From Terriglobia bacterium (GTDB lineage: Bacteria; Acidobacteriota; Polarisedimenticolia; Polarisedimenticolales; JAIQFR01): a stretch of 64,000 bases of DNA. The notes under the pieces were generated by a model, which was not told the DNA's origin, did not search any database, and saw nothing but the letters and a program-made list of their open reading frames with translations. The stretch is taken from positions 1,504,001 to 1,568,000 of the forward strand of contig CAVVHE010000004.1 in the NCBI GenBank assembly GCA_963748015.1. Direction: 5' to 3'. This document shows, piece after piece, positions 30,606-39,276 of this stretch (its first letter is position 1; every line of letters starts with the position of its first letter). The position numbers were made by a program, and so were the translations under genes.

Positions 30606-30854
30606 TTATTTCGAGCGGCGGCGGGCCTCTCGGTAGGCCGCGGCGGCCACCATGGCGCCCACGACCGCTATCGCCAGGGGTGGGACCAGGAGCAACAGGA
30701 AGGTCGGATCGTCGACCCCGATGACGTGCCCGCGCGCCACCAGCGCGCCCGCCAGGCCGACGAGGCCGCAGAGAAATCCCCACGCGGAGGCGGCCACGAA
30801 ATAGAACCACCGCAGCCGGCGATGAGCGCCCGCCACCTTGTCGTTGCGCCCCAT
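30606..30854 (-). CDS. Small two-TM membrane protein, hypothetical
   Basis: Two hydrophobic helices and a basic tail (YREARRRSK); start codon uncertain. Confidence 0.55.
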   Translation of the reverse strand: MGRNDKVAGAHRRLRWFYFVAASAWGFLCGLVGLAGALVARGHVIGVDDPTFLLLLVPPLAIAVVGAMVAAAAYREARRRSK

Positions 30855-31016
30855 CACATTGCCGGACCGCGAAGGAGCGGTATACTCGCCGCCGTGCGCG
30901 ATCGAGTCGGGATTGGTTTCAGGGAGCATTCGAAGCCCTCGACATAAACTGGTGGAATTCGCCCGGCCCTCCCGGGCCATCGATAGTCAGATACGGACCG
31001 CAGGAGGTCATGTCAA

Positions 31017-31622
31017 GTGTTTCCGAACGCAACCCGACGCGGACGGATCATCGCCTGCGCTCTCGTCTTCTCGCTGGTCGCTCCGATGGCGGCAATTGCG
31101 GACGAGGGCACCGCAGCGGCCGGCCCTCCCGGCACCGGTCGCGTGAAGGCCAGGGTCTTCGGGAGCAACGGAAAGACGCCCGTCGCGGGGGCGATCCTGC
31201 GCGCCTACCATCTCGACAGCGGCAAGGTCTATTCGTCGAGCCCCGGCACCGGGAAGGGGGACTGCGAGCTCAAGGGGTTGCCGTACGGCTACCTGGACAT
31301 CGCGATCGAGACGAAGGACGGTGTCTTCGTCGGCAACCAGGTCGTGAACGTCCCGCCGGATGGGACCGTCACCCTGTCGCTGACCCTCACCAAGTACGCG
31401 GAGCGGACACCGGCGTGGTGGAGCGGCAAGGCGCCCCGACAGATCCCGGGAACCCGCAACGAGTCGCAGGGGATCGCGGAGCTCAACATGAAGAGCAAGG
31501 GGCGGGCGTTCTGGACGAGCCCCGGAGGGCTCGCGATCATCGGAGGCGCGACCGGCCTGGTGCTTCTCGCCCTCACCAGCCAGAGCGGGTCGTCATCCAC
31601 GCCGAGCCCGTCCACTCCGTAG
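31017..31622 (+). CDS. Exported carboxypeptidase-regulatory-like domain protein with C-terminal TM helix
   Basis: Signal peptide; GRVKARVFGSNGKTPVAGA, LKGLPYGYLDIAI; C-terminal IIGGATGLVLLAL...SPSTP. The SD-linked ATG at 31010 is out of frame, so the start is uncertain. Confidence 0.65.
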   Translation: MFPNATRRGRIIACALVFSLVAPMAAIADEGTAAAGPPGTGRVKARVFGSNGKTPVAGAILRAYHLDSGKVYSSSPGTGKGDCELKGLPYGYLDIAIETKDGVFVGNQVVNVPPDGTVTLSLTLTKYAERTPAWWSGKAPRQIPGTRNESQGIAELNMKSKGRAFWTSPGGLAIIGGATGLVLLALTSQSGSSSTPSPSTP

Positions 31623-31848
31623 GACGACTGACGTCTCCGGCCGCCGGTGCCCCTTGACGGAGCGGGACCCTCGACGGAGAATGCTGTCCGTCTTTCGGCG
31701 GTGCGGGGTACCTGCAGCACGAAGGCGGGGCCGGTAGGCGTCGCGCTCGACGCTTCGCCGGACATGTCGTAAGGGTATGGGGCTCGCGAAGAAGGAATCG
31801 GCTCCTCCCCGGCGGGGAGGGGCCTACATCGTGGATGGAGGATCGGAG

Positions 31849-32355
31849 ATGGCACCCAGCTTTTTCAGACGCACCGTGGCCGGCGCGCTCGTCGTGACGA
31901 TGGCGATCCTCGTCGCGAACCTTCCGGCTCTGGCCGGATCGAACGCGGTGTTTCGCGGGCGAGTCCTCGAGTCGGATGGCGTGAATCCGAGGCCGGGTGT
32001 CGTCGTCGCGCTCGTGAACGGGAACGACGGCAAGACCTTCGAATCCGCCCCCGCCGACGATCGCGGCTACTTCCGCATCGATTCCGCGCCCGCCGGCACG
32101 TACGCCGTGGTCGCCCGGGCCTCCGAGGGGGCGTTCCTCGCGGCGGACGCGATGACGCTCAACGCCGGCGCCAACAAGCCGGTCGCGCTGTCGCTCAAGT
32201 CGAATGCAGCGGAGGGCGGCACCGGCACGGCGAATCCGCAGCAGGACAAGATCGCCCCGTGGCTGAAGTGGGTCATCGTGGGCGGGATCGCGGTCGGCGC
32301 GATCGTCGTGGCCGACGCGATCACGAAGGAAGAGACGCAGGCCAGCGGATTCTGA
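31849..32355 (+). CDS. Exported carboxypeptidase-regulatory-like domain protein with C-terminal TM helix
   Basis: Signal peptide (ALA); FRGRVLESDGVNPRPGVVV, ADDRGYFRIDSAPAGTY; C-terminal WVIVGGIAVGAIVV...ASGF. Confidence 0.7.
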   Translation: MAPSFFRRTVAGALVVTMAILVANLPALAGSNAVFRGRVLESDGVNPRPGVVVALVNGNDGKTFESAPADDRGYFRIDSAPAGTYAVVARASEGAFLAADAMTLNAGANKPVALSLKSNAAEGGTGTANPQQDKIAPWLKWVIVGGIAVGAIVVADAITKEETQASGF

Positions 32356-32370
32356 TCCCGAGGCCTCCGG

Positions 32371-32631
32371 TCAGACCTCTTTCCCCAGCGCGCCGGGCCA
32401 CAGCCGCGCGGCGCGGCGGTCTTTGTGGCGCGGGCGGCTCTTCTCCGGCTTCCAGGTGAGGTCCCACTCGGCGACTTTCCGCTCGAGGCAGCGCGGACAG
32501 GCCAGGAAGAGTTGCCCCGGCTGCAGCTCGCAGGTCGAGTTTTCCCCGCGGAGCGAGCAGACGTAGCAGTAGTAGGCGCCGGCCTCGGGCGCCTTTTCTC
32601 CGGGCTTGTGCATCGCGTTCTGTCTCGCCAT
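32371..32631 (-). CDS. Small zinc-ribbon protein
   Basis: KPGEKAPEAGAYYCYVC...CPRC; SD AGGAGG upstream. Confidence 0.65.
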   Translation of the reverse strand: MARQNAMHKPGEKAPEAGAYYCYVCSLRGENSTCELQPGQLFLACPRCLERKVAEWDLTWKPEKSRPRHKDRRAARLWPGALGKEV

Positions 32632-32726
32632 CGGGACCTCCTGGATCGGGGGTCATTATGGTTGCGAAGCCGGTTTTCTACAAACCCGCCGGGCCTCGCG
32701 CCCCGGAACTCCTCTAGAATCGCGCC

Positions 32727-34094
32727 ATGGGGTTGTTCGAGCCCGAGGACGAGCGGAGCGGCGCCGGGGTCCCTCTCGCCGATCGCATGCGGCCGAGGGA
32801 TCTCGACGAGCTGGCGGGGCAGGACCGGGTCGTGGGGCCGGGCACGGCGCTGCGAGCGGCGATCGAGCGCGACGATCTGCGGTCGATCATCCTGTGGGGC
32901 CCACCCGGATCGGGGAAGACGACCCTCGCCCGGATCATCGCCCGCCGGACGCGCGCGTCGTTCGTGCCGTTCTCGGCGGTGCTCGCCGGGATCAAGGAAG
33001 TGCGGGAGGTGATGGAGAAGGCGGCGGCGTTCCGGAGGGCCACCGGGCGCCGGACGATCGTCTTCGTCGACGAGATCCACCGCTTCAACAAGGCGCAGCA
33101 GGATGCGTTCCTCCCCTACGTCGAGGAAGGGACGATCGTCCTGATCGGCGCGACGACCGAGAACCCTTCGTTCGAGGTGAACGCCGCGCTGCTGTCGCGG
33201 TCGCGCGTCTACCGGCTGGAGAGGCTCGAGCCCGAGCACCTCGCGGCGGTGATCCGGCGGGCTCTCGCCGATCGCGAGCGGGGGCTAGGGGCGCTGCGCG
33301 TCGAGCTGGCGGACGACCTGATCGACGCTCTCGCGGCCCAGAGCCAGGGGGATGCCCGCGCGGCGCTGAACGTCCTCGACCTCGTGGCCGCGTCGGCGCC
33401 GGAGGAGGCCGACGGCACGAGGCGCGTCGGCGCGGCGCTCCTCCAGGACGCGTTGCAGAGGGGGGCGCTGTACTACGACCGGGCCGGCGAGGAGCACTTC
33501 AACCACATCAGCGCGCTCCACAAGTCCATGAGGAACTCGGACGCCGACGCGTCGCTCTACTGGCTGGCGAGAATGCTCGACGCCGGCGAGGACCCCCTCT
33601 ACGTCGCGCGCCGGATCGTGCGGTTCGCGAGCGAGGACGTGGGGCTGGCCGATCCGAGAGCGCTGACGCTGGCGCTGGCGGCGAAGGACGCGGTCCATTT
33701 CGTGGGCAGGCCGGAGGCGGATCTCGCGCTCGCGCAGGCGGCGGTCTACTGCGCGCTGGCGCCGAAGTCGAACGCGCTCTACGCGGCTTGGGGAGAGGTT
33801 CTGGAGGCGATCCGCGCGGGGTCGTCGGACCCGGTCCCGCTCCGCTTGCGAAACGCGCCGACCGGCCTCATGAAGGCGGAAGGATACGGCCGCGGATACG
33901 AGTACGCCCACGACGCGGAGGGCGCGGTGACCGGGATGGACTGCCTGCCGGATCGGCTGGCCGGACGGCGATTCTACCGTCCGACCGATCGCGGCCTCGA
34001 GAAGACGCTGGCCGAACGGATCGAGGCGTGGCGCAAGGCCCGCGCCGAGAACGCGCCCGGCAGCGGGAGGGGCAAGCCCTCCCCGCGGCGCTGA
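32727..34094 (+). CDS. rarA: Replication-associated recombination protein A (MgsA/RarA)
   Basis: PLADRMRP, WGPPGSGKTT, DEIHRFNKAQQD, GATTENP, ASEDVGLADP, LRNAPT. Confidence 0.96.
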   Translation: MGLFEPEDERSGAGVPLADRMRPRDLDELAGQDRVVGPGTALRAAIERDDLRSIILWGPPGSGKTTLARIIARRTRASFVPFSAVLAGIKEVREVMEKAAAFRRATGRRTIVFVDEIHRFNKAQQDAFLPYVEEGTIVLIGATTENPSFEVNAALLSRSRVYRLERLEPEHLAAVIRRALADRERGLGALRVELADDLIDALAAQSQGDARAALNVLDLVAASAPEEADGTRRVGAALLQDALQRGALYYDRAGEEHFNHISALHKSMRNSDADASLYWLARMLDAGEDPLYVARRIVRFASEDVGLADPRALTLALAAKDAVHFVGRPEADLALAQAAVYCALAPKSNALYAAWGEVLEAIRAGSSDPVPLRLRNAPTGLMKAEGYGRGYEYAHDAEGAVTGMDCLPDRLAGRRFYRPTDRGLEKTLAERIEAWRKARAENAPGSGRGKPSPRR

Positions 34095-34137
34095 TCCCGC
34101 CGCGGGTCGGGCACACCACCGCTTTCCCGAACAGGAC

Positions 34138-34374
34138 TCAGGCCGGCTCGGCCGGCGGCGCTTCGGGGGCCTGGGGCTCCGATTCCGCGGCCGGGGCCGC
34201 CGCCGCGGGCTTCGCGGCCGCAGCCTTCTTCGGAGCCGGCTTGGCCGCCGCCGCCCTCGCGGCCGTTCGCGCCGCCTTCGCCTTAGCGGTCGCCGCGGCC
34301 TTCACCTTCAGCTTCCCGGCCTCCTTGGTCCGCTTCCTCTTCCGCTTCAGTTCCTTCACACGCTGGGTCGACAT
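34138..34374 (-). CDS. Small Lys/Ala-rich basic protein
   Basis: MSTQRVKELKRKRKRTKE followed by an AKP-rich tail; GGGAGG SD and TATAAT (34415-34420, minus strand) upstream. Confidence 0.65.
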   Translation of the reverse strand: MSTQRVKELKRKRKRTKEAGKLKVKAAATAKAKAARTAARAAAAKPAPKKAAAAKPAAAAPAAESEPQAPEAPPAEPA

Positions 34375-34450
34375 CGATCCTCCCTACCATCCGATCTTCA
34401 TAGGTGGTCCGCGGATTATAGCCGGAACTTCGGGGCCGGACATCACCCCG

Positions 34451-35611
34451 TCAGGGTTCCCGGAGTTTGGCGAGGAGGGAATCGGATTCGGGGGGGGTGG
34501 CGGCGCGCCAGAGGCCTAGCTTGCGTTTTCGCTCGATGGCGTCGCGGGTGTAGCGGACGCTCGAGACCAGGCGGCCGTCGGGGGTGAAGAAATGGGTGCG
34601 GCCGCGGTCGCCGGGCACGACGAGGGTGCCGTTGCGCTCGTCGACGAGGATGGCGTCGGCCTTCACGTCGCGGATGTCGTCGAGGGCCTTGCGCGTGGGG
34701 CGCTCGCCCGACTGGTGGCGCTCCTCGCCGTGGAGTGTGCGGCGGGCGCGCCCGCGATGATCGTGCTCGAGGCGCCGGACGAGCCCGCGCAGGATTCCCT
34801 CCACTCGGCGCTCGAGCTCCGAGTCGGAAGCGGCGGCGCCGTCCCGCTCGCGGGGGGCGCGACGCACGACGGTGCCGAGGGCGCTCTGGGCCCAGCGCGC
34901 GGCGCGGGCCCAGGGCACGCCCTCCTGCCGGTCCCAGAGGAGCTCGAGCGACTCGCCGCTCGACGTCCGGCCGAGTATGTTGAGTCCGAGGCGCAGCCGC
35001 GCGGCGCCGGGCCTCGACGCGGCCACCTGGAACGTCACCGCGAGAACGCCGCGTCCCTCGGCCTCCTTCACCCTCACCTGGTAGAAGCCTGCGGTCACCT
35101 GGCCCAGCAGGTCGTAGGTCGGCGCCTGGAACGCGCCGAGCAGGCCGCCGCTGAGCGCGCCCGGACCCTGCACGAGCGTGAGGAACGCCGGCGGGTTCTC
35201 GTAGAGGCGATCGACCTCCGGGTGACGCAGGTCGAGGCACACCTGCGCGAAATCCTCCCATCGGGGCGTGCCCGTCGGCGCGTATCCGACGAACACGTGG
35301 CGCCCCGACGGCGGGAACGAGTGCTCGCAGGCCGCCCCGGCGCAGCGATGGCAGAACGCGTGTCCCGGGCGGAACACGGCGGCGCGCTGGATCTCGTCGT
35401 CGAGAAAGCGGTCGATCCGCTCGACGAGGCGGGCCGAGAAGGCCGCCGGGTCGGCGCCGGGCCCCTTGAGCGCGAGAGGAAGGTCGAGGTCCACCGCGGT
35501 GAGCGAGGCTTCCACGAGGTGCCCGCCCGGCTTGCGCGCGAGCTGCTCGCGCACCATCCGCTGCAGCACGTCCCAGGCGATCTCTCCGAGCGCACTGACC
35601 CTGTCTTCCAT
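34451..35611 (-). CDS. Hypothetical protein with CxxC-x4-CxH motif
   Basis: 386-aa ORF with genome-typical codon usage; FCHRCAGAACEH. Confidence 0.7.
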   Translation of the reverse strand: MEDRVSALGEIAWDVLQRMVREQLARKPGGHLVEASLTAVDLDLPLALKGPGADPAAFSARLVERIDRFLDDEIQRAAVFRPGHAFCHRCAGAACEHSFPPSGRHVFVGYAPTGTPRWEDFAQVCLDLRHPEVDRLYENPPAFLTLVQGPGALSGGLLGAFQAPTYDLLGQVTAGFYQVRVKEAEGRGVLAVTFQVAASRPGAARLRLGLNILGRTSSGESLELLWDRQEGVPWARAARWAQSALGTVVRRAPRERDGAAASDSELERRVEGILRGLVRRLEHDHRGRARRTLHGEERHQSGERPTRKALDDIRDVKADAILVDERNGTLVVPGDRGRTHFFTPDGRLVSSVRYTRDAIERKRKLGLWRAATPPESDSLLAKLREP

Positions 35612-35648
35612 GGATCCTACCGCCGGGCCGGCCGGAGCAGGTCCCCGC

Positions 35649-36215
35649 TCACTCCGGCTCGAGCTTCAGCTCGACCTCGGTCTTCCGCCCGGCCTCGAGG
35701 GTGATCGTGTCGCCCTTCCCCACGACATAGCCCGCGGCCTTCGCGGAGAGGACCGCCGCGCCCGGCGGCAGCGCTTTGACCAGCACCCCGGCGCGGTTGG
35801 CGGGCAAGGGCCCCTTGTCCTCTCCGTCGGCGAAGACGAGGTGGACCTCCGACTTCGGAATCGGCTGGCCCGTCTTCGCATCCAGGACGCGAACGAGCAG
35901 CGACGCCGCCCGCCGGAGAACGACCGGCTCCGTTCGATCGTCGGCGGTCACGGTGCTCGGGAGGAACCCGTCGGCCACGATCCTGAGGAGCGAAGGCGTG
36001 CGGGGCGTCAGAAGCCGGTACCCGCCCTCCGCCGTGGTCTCGTCGCACAGCCCCTCGGCGCTCCAGGCTTCGCCGACCATGATGCAGGCCCGCGCTCCCG
36101 AGACCGGCTTGCCCTCGGGATCCACGACCCGTCCGCTCACGGCGCTCGCGGGCGTCACCCACCACCCCGCCGCCGCCAGAAGCGCGGCGGAAATGCGAAG
36201 AACATGGACCTTCAC
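35649..36215 (-). CDS. Secreted tandem carboxypeptidase-regulatory-like domain protein
   Basis: Signal peptide; VSGRVVDPEGKPVSGA and VRVLDAKTGQPI repeats. Confidence 0.75.
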   Translation of the reverse strand: MKVHVLRISAALLAAAGWWVTPASAVSGRVVDPEGKPVSGARACIMVGEAWSAEGLCDETTAEGGYRLLTPRTPSLLRIVADGFLPSTVTADDRTEPVVLRRAASLLVRVLDAKTGQPIPKSEVHLVFADGEDKGPLPANRAGVLVKALPPGAAVLSAKAAGYVVGKGDTITLEAGRKTEVELKLEPE

Positions 36216-36369
36216 GATCTTCCTCCTGCCCGTAGCCCTTCCGGCATTATGCCCCAGGAAACGGGCGGCTGCCCCTCCCGGGCGAGGAGCGGGCAGGTCG
36301 CGCCGGGGCGCGCGCCCTCGGCTCCGGCGAGGGGCCGAAGAAAGGTGGAACTTTCCCCGCGGCGGTCTG

Positions 36370-36542
36370 TGCTAGACTCCGCTCACATGGGGGAAAAGCA
36401 CCCCCGGGAGCAGTTCGTTGGCGCCCTTCACTTTTTTTTTGGAAGTAGTAGTATGAGCCTCGGCCTGGATGGAGCAGCAACCTCCGTCAGGGTGGCCGAC
36501 AGGTTAACCGCCCTTCAGCGTGAAGGGTGTGCGTAAAGGAGA
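36370..36542 (+). promoter_or_regulatory. Extended -10 promoter and ~160-nt structured 5' leader
   Basis: TGC-TAGACT at 36370-36378, several overlapping hairpins, a T9 tract, and AAAGGAGA SD before ATG 36543. Confidence 0.5.
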
Positions 36543-37163
36543 ATGAAAAGTATGCGCAAGATGATGGTGGTGTTGCCGCTCGTGCTCGTGCTCGTGATGC
36601 TGGTCGGCTGCCAGAAACCGCCGCAGGCTGACATCGACGCCGCGAAGGCCTCTCTGGATGGCGCGCGTGCCGCCGAGGCGACCGACTACGCCCCGGATTC
36701 GCTGAAGGCCGCCGAGGACTCCCAGGCCCAGCTCGACGCCGAGCTGAAGGTCCAGGAGCAGAAGTTCGCCCTGTTCCGCTCCTACAAGAAGGCCACCGAG
36801 CTGTCCCAGGCCACCAAGGCCGCCGGCGAGAAGGCCGTAGCCGACGCCAAGGCGAAGAAGGAGCAGGTGAAGGGCGAGGCTCAGACGCTGGTGACCGAGG
36901 CGAAGACCGCCCTGGACGAGGCGAAGGCGCTGCTCGAGAAGGCCCCGAAGGGGAAGGGAACGCAGGCTGACCTCGAGGCCATGAAGGCCGATCTGATGGG
37001 CGTCGAGACGGCCATCAACGAGGCCCAGAATTCGTTCAACGCCGAGAAGTACCTCGACGCGAAGTCCAAGGCCGAGGCCGCGAAGACGCAGGCCGGCAAC
37101 GTGAAGATGTCCATCGAGCAGGCGATCGAGGCCAAGAAGGCTGCCAAGAAGGGCAAGAAGTAA
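36543..37163 (+). CDS. Alpha-helical lipoprotein (DUF4398-like) with C-terminal Lys
   Basis: Lipobox LVGC; Ala/Lys/Glu-rich helical sequence; ends KKAAKKGKK; strong SD and strongly biased codons. Confidence 0.85.
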   Translation: MKSMRKMMVVLPLVLVLVMLVGCQKPPQADIDAAKASLDGARAAEATDYAPDSLKAAEDSQAQLDAELKVQEQKFALFRSYKKATELSQATKAAGEKAVADAKAKKEQVKGEAQTLVTEAKTALDEAKALLEKAPKGKGTQADLEAMKADLMGVETAINEAQNSFNAEKYLDAKSKAEAAKTQAGNVKMSIEQAIEAKKAAKKGKK

Positions 37164-37191
37164 CTTCGGCAGCTCTCGCAGCAATTTGACG

Positions 37192-37223
37192 GGGGCACGG
37201 CCGACCGTACCCGGCCGTGCCCC
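37192..37223 (+). terminator. Stem-loop after the lipoprotein gene
   Basis: GGGGCACGGCCG / CGGCCGTGCCCC perfect 12-bp stem followed by TTGAATTCT. Confidence 0.6.
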
Positions 37224-37351
37224 TTGAATTCTCCTCCCGGCTTGCATGTTCTCCCGGCGACCCGACACGGCTCTGGCCTGGAGAACCGATTCCTTATAAA
37301 TTGAGTAACGTGAAGAAGACCGGTGTACGCGGCGAAAGCGGTGCGGGCCGC

Positions 37352-38521
37352 ATGGCCCGGCGGCGGTGGCTCCTCGCCGTATTCGCGCTGCTTTCGCTCG
37401 GCCTCTGCGCCGCGGCGTCCTACCCCGTCCTGAGCGGGCGCACGGAGCCGCCCCGGTTCAGCCTGAGCTCGGCCGAGAAGGCCCTTGCCGAGGCGAGGCG
37501 GATCCGGGCCGACCGTTGGGCCGGCGACGCGCTGCTCGCGGCCGAGTCGGCGATGCGCGTCGCTCGCCTCGAGCAGCGTACCCAGGAGGAGCGGTTCTTC
37601 CTCCTTCGGGATTTCTCCGCTGCCCGCATTTGCCTCTCGCTCGCCGAGGACAAGGCCCGCGTGGCGGTCGCCGGGGCGAACCGCGCCCGCGTCGCGGCCC
37701 GCGCAGCGGCCGACGCGGCCATGACGGAAGCCCAGGACGAGCTGGGGCGGGCCGAGGACGCCGCCGACGCGATGCATCTGGGGCCCTACGGCCGTGTTCT
37801 CCTCCAGAAGGCGAAGATCGCCTACTCGCAGTCACAGATCCTCTACGGGCAAGGCGAGTTCCCGTCGGCCGCAGACCGCGCCTCCGCCGCGCGGACGCAC
37901 GCGCGGGCCGTCGGCGACGGCGCCGCCGGCGCCGCGGCCCGCTTCACCGACGCGCGGATGGTCGCCGCCTGGAAGCACATGGCCAGCGACACGATCGCGT
38001 GGTCGCGCGAGACCGGCTCGTCGGCCATCGTGGTCTACAAGGAGAACCACCGGCTGACCCTTTACCGTGGTGGCAGTGCGGTCAAGTCGTACCGCATCGA
38101 GCTGGGCTACAATTCCACCCGGGACAAGCTCCACGCAGGAGACGCCGCGACCCCGGAGGGTCGCTACAGGATCACGGCGAAGAAGGGTCCCGGGAACTCG
38201 ACCTACTACAAGGCGCTGCTGCTCAACTATCCGAACGACGAGGACCGCGAGCAGTTCGAACGGGCCCGGCGCGCGGGACAGCTTCCCCGCTGGGCGCGGA
38301 TGGGTGGCCTGATCGAGATTCACGGCGACGGCGGTCGAGGCAAGGACTGGACGAAGGGGTGCGTCGCCCTCGCGAACAACGACATCGACGACCTGTTCTC
38401 GCGGGTGGCGGTGGGGACTCCGGTCACGATCGTCGGCGGCGACGGCAACGGCGGCGCGTACACCGAGCTGGTGCGCCGCTACCGCTCGCCGTCGAGCGGG
38501 AACGGGACGCTGAGCCAATGA
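37352..38521 (+). CDS. L,D-transpeptidase family protein (YafK/DpaA-like) with N-terminal DUF4398-like helical domain
   Basis: GDAATPEGRY, YYKALLLNYPN, IEIHG...WTKGCVAL, VGTPVTI. The N-terminal region aligns by eye with the upstream lipoprotein. Confidence 0.88.
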   Translation: MARRRWLLAVFALLSLGLCAAASYPVLSGRTEPPRFSLSSAEKALAEARRIRADRWAGDALLAAESAMRVARLEQRTQEERFFLLRDFSAARICLSLAEDKARVAVAGANRARVAARAAADAAMTEAQDELGRAEDAADAMHLGPYGRVLLQKAKIAYSQSQILYGQGEFPSAADRASAARTHARAVGDGAAGAAARFTDARMVAAWKHMASDTIAWSRETGSSAIVVYKENHRLTLYRGGSAVKSYRIELGYNSTRDKLHAGDAATPEGRYRITAKKGPGNSTYYKALLLNYPNDEDREQFERARRAGQLPRWARMGGLIEIHGDGGRGKDWTKGCVALANNDIDDLFSRVAVGTPVTIVGGDGNGGAYTELVRRYRSPSSGNGTLSQ

Positions 38522-39276
38522 GGTACGACCAGCTGGACGTCGCGGGGGGCGGGCTGCCGCAGGACGCCGCGGCGCGGCCATCGGTCGTGGTGCGCACCTC
38601 GTCGAAGGCGCTCGCGATCGCCGGCCTGCTGGTCCTCCTCGCGCTGCTCGCCGGCGGCACGGCCGCCGCCTACGGCACCGGCTACACCTACGGCCCCGCG
38701 CCCCGGGAGGCGATCGCCGTTCCCGCGGGCGACCCTCCACCGTCCGACCCGAAGGCTCTCAAGCGCTACGTCGCCAAGCTGCAGTCCCAGAAGAAGCAGG
38801 TGCAATCGGCGCTCCTCGCCAAGGCGCCCAAGGGCGTCTACGTCGTCATCGACCAGACTCAGAACCGCATCTACCTCAAGAAGGACCAGGAGACCATCCT
38901 GAACGCCGCGTGCTCGGCGGGATCCGGGCTGATCCTGAAGGAGGGGGACTGGGGCAAGGGGCGGAAGTGGGTCTTCGACACCCCCCGCGGCCTGTTCAAG
39001 GTCAAGTCCCGCCAGGAAAACCCGGTCTGGAAGAAGCCCGACTGGGCGTTCGTCGAGGAAGGCAAGCCGATCCCGAAGAGGGACGAGGACCGGATGGACT
39101 ACGGGACCCTGGGCGAGTACTCGTTCCAGCTCGGGGACGGCTACATGATCCACGGCACGCTGTACGAGCGGCTCCTCGGGAGAAGCGTCACCCACGGCTG
39201 CATCCGTGTCGGGCGGGACGACCTCCGGAAGGTCTGGCAGTTGGTCCCGGTGGGCACTCCGGTCTACATCTACTGA
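38518..39276 (+). CDS. L,D-transpeptidase (YkuD; ErfK/YbiS-like), membrane anchored
   Basis: YVVID, TPRGLFKV, NPVW, YMIHGT...GRSVTHGCIRV, VPVGTPVYIY; ATGA overlap. Confidence 0.92.
   Translation: MRYDQLDVAGGGLPQDAAARPSVVVRTSSKALAIAGLLVLLALLAGGTAAAYGTGYTYGPAPREAIAVPAGDPPPSDPKALKRYVAKLQSQKKQVQSALLAKAPKGVYVVIDQTQNRIYLKKDQETILNAACSAGSGLILKEGDWGKGRKWVFDTPRGLFKVKSRQENPVWKKPDWAFVEEGKPIPKRDEDRMDYGTLGEYSFQLGDGYMIHGTLYERLLGRSVTHGCIRVGRDDLRKVWQLVPVGTPVYIY

Noticed and set aside
20319..32355. PEP-CTERM/exosortase system
   Set aside because: No exosortase gene and no VPEP-TM-basic tails seen in this window, despite the EPS and TPR context.
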